Source: Acidobacteriota bacterium
GTDB taxonomy: Bacteria; Acidobacteriota; UBA6911; RPQK01; JAJDTT01
NCBI GenBank assembly: GCA_965217775.1
Contig: CBDCJH010000002.1
Span: 1,312,001-1,376,000 of the forward strand
Reading direction: 5' to 3'
Length of the DNA: 64,000 bases
Part shown: in pieces, positions 59,356 to 64,000 of the stretch
Layout: each line of letters begins with the position of its first letter
Numbering within the stretch: the first letter of the stretch is position 1
Notes under the pieces: model-generated
Databases searched by the model: none
Told to the model about the DNA's origin: nothing
The model's input: only the letters and a program-made list of their open reading frames with translations
Made by a program: the position numbers and the translations under genes

Positions 59356-59456
59356 GAGGAGGAGTGAGAGAAGACGATGTGTCGACAGGAATGGAAGGGC
59401 TCGGTCGGGCTTCCGCCTTGACCGGTCGCGGGAGGGCGGCTAGGCTCCCGGGTATC

Positions 59457-61604
59457 ATGAACAGAACATTCCGAAAAACATCACTCGCTATCTTTTTCTG
59501 CCTGCTGACGGTGTCTTTGAACGGGCACGAGGGACCTCCCAACACCCTGGTTCCGTTCACAGCCCCTGACTTTATCGGGGATCCGATCATCGGCCGCCAG
59601 CTCTCCGATCTGGCCGAGTTCTCCATCCATCTCTTGCAATGGACCGAAACCGACCGGAGCGTGGCGAAGCTGCAGCGAGCCCTCAAGGGCAAGGTCGGAA
59701 GTTTCTACCGGCGCTGGAACGGCACCGCCACCGAGGCTCCGGAGTTGGAGGAGATTGTCCGGTTCACGACCGAGAGTTACGAATCCCTCACCTGTCCCCA
59801 GCTCACCAAGATCGAAATCGGTTCCGCCGTGACCCTGCTGGAGGCACCCGAGAAACTGGATCTGCTGGGATTCGGAGGAACCGAGATTCCGGTGATCGTT
59901 CGAAACAACAGCCCGAACCAGGCGTCAGTCACCATCGGTTCCGGTTCCGAAGACGTGGAAGTGGAACCCAGGATAGTCCGTCTGAGAGGCGGGGAGACCC
60001 TGGGTGTCTGGCTGATCGTCTCGCCCATCGGGCCGGAGGCCTCGGAACTGGTGCTCAGGTTGGATGCGGGTGCCGTCAGGGGACGGGTTTCGGTCCCGGC
60101 GCAGGTGAGGAATATGAGTCTGCTGCGGGTCAAGGTGGTGGATGAATCGGGTCTCGAGACGCCCGCCCGCGTCTATCTCACCGGTGCCGACGGGAAGCGC
60201 CATACACCCGACGAGATCATTCCCCGCATCACCAGCGCCGACTACGGTCAGCCCTATGGCGGCGAATACTATTTCTACACCGACGGTGGTTTCTCCTTGA
60301 GTCTGCCCCAGGGCGAGACCCAACTGGAGGTGATCAAGGGATTGGAATACGCGCCCCTCAGAAAGACCTTTCAGATGCCGGCGTCCGGTCAGACGGAGAT
60401 CGTGGCCCGTCTGGATCGGCCCTACAACATGGCGGCCAAGGGGTGGTTCTCGGGCGACACCCACATCCACCCCAACCTCTTTTCCGACACCCGGATCCAG
60501 CCTCGGGACGTGCTGCGGATCACCAAGGCCGAAGATCTGAACGTGCCCCACCTTCTGGCCTGCAACGACACCGACGGATTCATCACCGACCTGGTGTATT
60601 TCGAAGGGAAACCCAACCGTCTCTCGGAGAAGAATTACATCCTCTACTGGAACCAGGAGATGAGAAACCTGAGAGTCTACGGTCACATGGCTTTTTTGAA
60701 GCTCAAGGAATTTGTCCACCCCTCCTATGTCGGATGGCCCCGGACCGATCACCCTTACGACTATCCGCCGAATCACGATTTGGCGGCTGCCGCCAAGCAG
60801 CAGGGAGCGGCCGTCATCCAAGTGCATCCGGGGTTGCCCCAGGAATACCCGGTGGACATCGCCCTGGGAGTGGTCGACACCATCGACGTCATGTGCCAGG
60901 GGAACGAGGAGAAGAACACGGCGGATTGGTACCGGCTTCTCAACTCCGGATTCAGGTGTGGGATCTCGGCGGGGACGGACTGTTTCCTGAACGTCCCCTA
61001 CCACTTGCTGGCGGGAGCCGGCCGGGTCTACGTCAAGACCGGGACCCGGCTGACCTATGACAAGTGGATCCAGGCCTATCTCGAGGGCAGGAGCTTCGCT
61101 TCCAACGCTCCCCTCGTCGAATTCAGCGTCGACGGCAAGGGGGCGGGGGAGGAGGTCCGCTGGAGTTCCGGCCCCCGGACGGTGCGCGTCGAGGCCCAAG
61201 CGGTATCCCACGTCCCCATGCAGACCATGGAGGTGGTGGTCAACGGAAAGCCGGTCTTTACGGTGGAGGCCACCGGCGGAGGCACGCGGGCGAGCTTGTC
61301 ACATGATATCCAATTGGACGAAAGCGCCTGGATCGCCGTTCGGGTCCGGGGCGAAGCTCATCGCCTGGTGCCCAACGACACCGAACTCTACGCCCACACC
61401 AGCCCGGTCTACTGCTATCGGGACGGATCCCGCATCCATTTTCGGGAGGATGCGCTCTATTTCGTGGAGCAGATCGACCGTCTGGTGGAGCGAGTCGACC
61501 GCAACGGGGTCTTCAAGGATGCGGCCCAGAAACAGAAGGTCGTAGACCTGTTTCGCAAGGGTCAGGACGTCTACCGCAAAATCGCCCGCGAGGCGACGCG
61601 GTAA
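59457..61604 (+). CDS. Secreted CehA/McbA-like PHP metallohydrolase
   Basis: Signal peptide; PARVYL, KGLEY, GWFSGDTHIH, GHM, WYRLLNSG, SAGTD, GRVYV, AHTSPVY. Confidence 0.8.
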   Translation: MNRTFRKTSLAIFFCLLTVSLNGHEGPPNTLVPFTAPDFIGDPIIGRQLSDLAEFSIHLLQWTETDRSVAKLQRALKGKVGSFYRRWNGTATEAPELEEIVRFTTESYESLTCPQLTKIEIGSAVTLLEAPEKLDLLGFGGTEIPVIVRNNSPNQASVTIGSGSEDVEVEPRIVRLRGGETLGVWLIVSPIGPEASELVLRLDAGAVRGRVSVPAQVRNMSLLRVKVVDESGLETPARVYLTGADGKRHTPDEIIPRITSADYGQPYGGEYYFYTDGGFSLSLPQGETQLEVIKGLEYAPLRKTFQMPASGQTEIVARLDRPYNMAAKGWFSGDTHIHPNLFSDTRIQPRDVLRITKAEDLNVPHLLACNDTDGFITDLVYFEGKPNRLSEKNYILYWNQEMRNLRVYGHMAFLKLKEFVHPSYVGWPRTDHPYDYPPNHDLAAAAKQQGAAVIQVHPGLPQEYPVDIALGVVDTIDVMCQGNEEKNTADWYRLLNSGFRCGISAGTDCFLNVPYHLLAGAGRVYVKTGTRLTYDKWIQAYLEGRSFASNAPLVEFSVDGKGAGEEVRWSSGPRTVRVEAQAVSHVPMQTMEVVVNGKPVFTVEATGGGTRASLSHDIQLDESAWIAVRVRGEAHRLVPNDTELYAHTSPVYCYRDGSRIHFREDALYFVEQIDRLVERVDRNGVFKDAAQKQKVVDLFRKGQDVYRKIAREATR

Positions 61605-61622
61605 AGTCTCCCGTTCGAAGGC

Positions 61623-62018
61623 TCAACCCTTCTTGTCGAGGCTCCAGATTCCCGCGCCCCTGGCCGCGATGTACAGAAAGACAAAGGCGTAGATGGCGGC
61701 CAACTCGCCCTTGTTCTGGATCGGCCACAATTCGTGAGGCTGATGGGCCACGAAGTAGGCAACGGCCATCTGACCGCTGGAGATGAAGGCGGCCCAACTG
61801 GTCAGGAGTCCCACGGCGATCAGAAGACCTCCCACCAGCTCGACGATTCCGGCCAGGCCCATGAGGCTGATCAGGGGCGCCGCCGCACCCGATTCACCCC
61901 CCACGCCACCGAAGAGGCCCAAGACCTTCTGGGCTCCATGGAAGGCGAACAAAAAGCCGGAGACGATCCGCACCAGAGCATAGGTCTGATTCGAGTACTT
62001 CGACAGGATACCTTGCAT
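61623..62018 (-). CDS. DoxX family membrane protein
   Basis: RIVSGFLFAFHGAQK, ELVGG, SGQMAVAYF, NKGELA, GAGIWSLD. Confidence 0.9.
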   Translation of the reverse strand: MQGILSKYSNQTYALVRIVSGFLFAFHGAQKVLGLFGGVGGESGAAAPLISLMGLAGIVELVGGLLIAVGLLTSWAAFISSGQMAVAYFVAHQPHELWPIQNKGELAAIYAFVFLYIAARGAGIWSLDKKG

Positions 62019-62142
62019 AAACACCCCTTGATAAAAAGAAATTAGTGTAATCTACTACCGGATTCTCTGCCCGGCGCCAACCGAATCGAATCATACCAAA
62101 TCAAGGAAACGGGAAATGGTTCCTTAATCTCGAATTCTTGTA

Positions 62143-62231
62143 CAAATTGACGAAGAAGAATCGGTAGGGGCTCCCCTTGTGGGCGCAAATAGACGAAGAA
62201 TTATACGTAGGGGCGCCCCTTGTGGGCGCCC
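62143..62231 (+). repeat. Tandem 43-bp duplication, each unit containing a GTAG REP
   Basis: CAAATTGACGAAGAAGAATCGGTAGGGGCTCCCCTTGTGGGCG followed by CAAATAGACGAAGAATTATACGTAGGGGCGCCCCTTGTGGGCG. Confidence 0.75.
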
Positions 62232-62445
62232 TCTTCGGTCCAAACTGGAGCAAAACGCGGCCAATAGAAGGTCCGGCGGGTGGAAAGCCGCTCCGTCGAA
62301 GAAGTTTTGGTTCCGGCAACGCCGGGTTCCTCAGGACTGTATGCCGTGGCGACTTTCGCCATGGACTGTTATAGTGCGCGCCCTGTTGGACGGGCGGATG
62401 GAAGCCGCTCGTTGGGGCCCTCTGATTGACGGGGCCGGAAAGGAC

Positions 62446-63228
62446 ATGATGTTGCAGAATCGGGTCAAGAAACTTCTGGCGGAGGGCAAGGCGGCATGGG
62501 GATCGGCCCTTTCGGACGCTTCCGAATTGATGGCCAAAGCCACCCTCAAACAAGGCATCGACTTCCTCTGGATCGACACCGAGCATCGACCCTTCGGGAT
62601 CAACGAAGTCCAATTGGTGCCCATGATCTGCCGGCTCGAGGGCCGGGACGCCCTGCTGCGGGTCCCCAATCTGGATCCGGGCCTGATCAAGAAGGGCTTG
62701 GACATGGGTTGCAGTTGCATCATGGTGCCGCAGGTGGACAATGCGGAGCAGGCCCGGCTGGCCGTTGAGTATTGCAAGTATCCTCCCGAGGGGAATCGGG
62801 GGGTGGGTCCGGTCTGGCCGATGCTGTTGGATGTGAATATCAACGACTATCTGGAGTCGGCCAACCGGGAGACCTGCGTCGTGGTCCAGGTGGAGACGGC
62901 GGAGGGCCTGGCGAACCTGGAGCGGATCGCCGAAGTCGAGGGAGTCGACGTGGTGTTCGCCGGTCCCGCCGACATTTCGGCATCGTTGGGTCATCTGGGG
63001 AACATCGGTCATCCGGAGGTTCAGAAGTGCCTGGAGGGCTTTCCCGCCCGCGCAGCCGCCTGCGGCAAGCCCAGCGGGATCACATTTCCCGGTTTCGACG
63101 ACTGTTGGAGAGCCTACGAACAGGGCTACCGCTTCATCAATGCCGGCAACCTCATGCATTTCGGCCAAGTCGGCCTGGGCGAGTGCCTGAACCGACTGCG
63201 GGAACTGGAGCTCTCCGCCTCCGGCTGA
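62446..63228 (+). CDS. HpcH/HpaI aldolase family protein
   Basis: WIDTEH, LDMG...VPQV, YPPEGNRG, QVET, FAGPADIS. Confidence 0.9.
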   Translation: MMLQNRVKKLLAEGKAAWGSALSDASELMAKATLKQGIDFLWIDTEHRPFGINEVQLVPMICRLEGRDALLRVPNLDPGLIKKGLDMGCSCIMVPQVDNAEQARLAVEYCKYPPEGNRGVGPVWPMLLDVNINDYLESANRETCVVVQVETAEGLANLERIAEVEGVDVVFAGPADISASLGHLGNIGHPEVQKCLEGFPARAAACGKPSGITFPGFDDCWRAYEQGYRFINAGNLMHFGQVGLGECLNRLRELELSASG

Positions 63229-63249
63229 ACCCCACCATTTCGGAAACCT

Positions 63250-64000
63250 CTACCACGTCCGAGTGGTTGACGCAGGGGTGGTTTCGGGCCCGGTCTGCGG
63301 TTGAGCGCCATCAGATGCGGGCATTTTCGCAGACGCCTCGACCGTTCCTTTGGGCTGGGTTGCCAAATCGGAGAACCCCTGTTGCAACCTACGGTCCAAG
63401 ACGGGCAGGCCGATTGCCAGCACGACGCTGACCGCCAGCCCGATGGCGGCCTTCCCCACGTCCTTTCCGGCGAGCAGGATCGATTCTGAAATCGTGCGGT
63501 GTCTGAGCCGGAAGGCCAACGCCAGCTCGCGGCCCGCCAACAATCCCAGAAAGACCCAGGTCGTGCTCATGGGGATATTGGACATCTCCTTGAAATACAG
63601 GAGGATGGACGCATAGATGAAATCGATGAGGGTGGCCACGCGGATATCAGTCGTATTGGTCTTGGAGGTGACGATTCCCTGAATCCGGCCCCCCCGATTC
63701 TTGAAGATGATGGCGTGAAGGACCAGCATGACGATGGCCGCAAAAATCAGCACCCCGACGTCTGCCGTGCGCGGCAGATAGACGAAGATGTTGGCCAGAT
63801 CCTGGATCAGCCACTGGCTCCACAAAAAAGCGGTCGCGGCCCACTGCAATACGACGAAGTAGGGCCTGGGAGGACGGTCTTTCGTCGCCATGAAACGCGA
63901 TTCAAGAAGGTTGGCGACGATCAGGTAGATGACGAAACCGACTCCGATGGCGACGCCGTAGCCCAGCAGAGATTTGGTCAGGATCTTCAGCAGATTCGTG
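63250..64000 (-). CDS. Membrane protein, phosphate-transporter (PiT)-related, 5' end outside the window
   Basis: WLIQDLANIFVYLPR, IPMSTTWVFLGLLAGRE; multiple TM segments. Confidence 0.6.
   Translation of the reverse strand, partial: TNLLKILTKSLLGYGVAIGVGFVIYLIVANLLESRFMATKDRPPRPYFVVLQWAATAFLWSQWLIQDLANIFVYLPRTADVGVLIFAAIVMLVLHAIIFKNRGGRIQGIVTSKTNTTDIRVATLIDFIYASILLYFKEMSNIPMSTTWVFLGLLAGRELALAFRLRHRTISESILLAGKDVGKAAIGLAVSVVLAIGLPVLDRRLQQGFSDLATQPKGTVEASAKMPASDGAQPQTGPETTPASTTRTW

Noticed and set aside
57813-59456. Apparent 1263-aa fusion ORF
   Set aside because: The N-terminal part is an off-frame read-through of the symporter gene. The real protein starts with a signal peptide at 59457.
62143-62231. 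Possible mini CRISPR array
   Set aside because: There are only two units, the spacers are similar to each other, the repeat is a REP hairpin, and no cas genes are present.

Overview
High-GC bacterial chromosomal window. The gene repertoire (Acidobacteria-type VWA protein, Oar-like TonB barrel, DUF1549/1553 plus DUF1501, ECF sigma-Ser/Thr kinase pair, PQQ-like propellers) suggests Acidobacteriota; this is an inference. Most of the window is catabolic and transport genes. The main discovery is a 9,732-bp integrated element at 36999-46742, bounded by a 12-bp direct repeat (CACCTGCTATCC). It encodes a Cre-like tyrosine recombinase and an HK97-type head and packaging module: large terminase with an N-terminal Cys finger, HNH, major capsid, a small P-loop protein, prohead protease, connector, portal and a gp10-like protein. 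I found no tail, lysis, primase or small terminase gene, so it looks like a minimal capsid-forming satellite (cf-PICI-like). It splits an outer-membrane beta-barrel gene, and excision would restore that gene exactly in frame. The same OMP gene also carries an in-frame 162-bp MITE insertion with a TTAT duplication. A second copy of this MITE at 20961-21254 has another MITE nested inside it. Other notable items are an adjacent AGPS-like plus DHRS7B-like gene pair (candidate eukaryote-type ether-lipid route), a nearby lipid head-group cluster with two START-like paralogs, a vapBC module, GTAG-type REPs and a TonB-receptor remnant. I saw no rRNA, tRNA or CRISPR array. All product calls come from motif recognition only; no searches were run.
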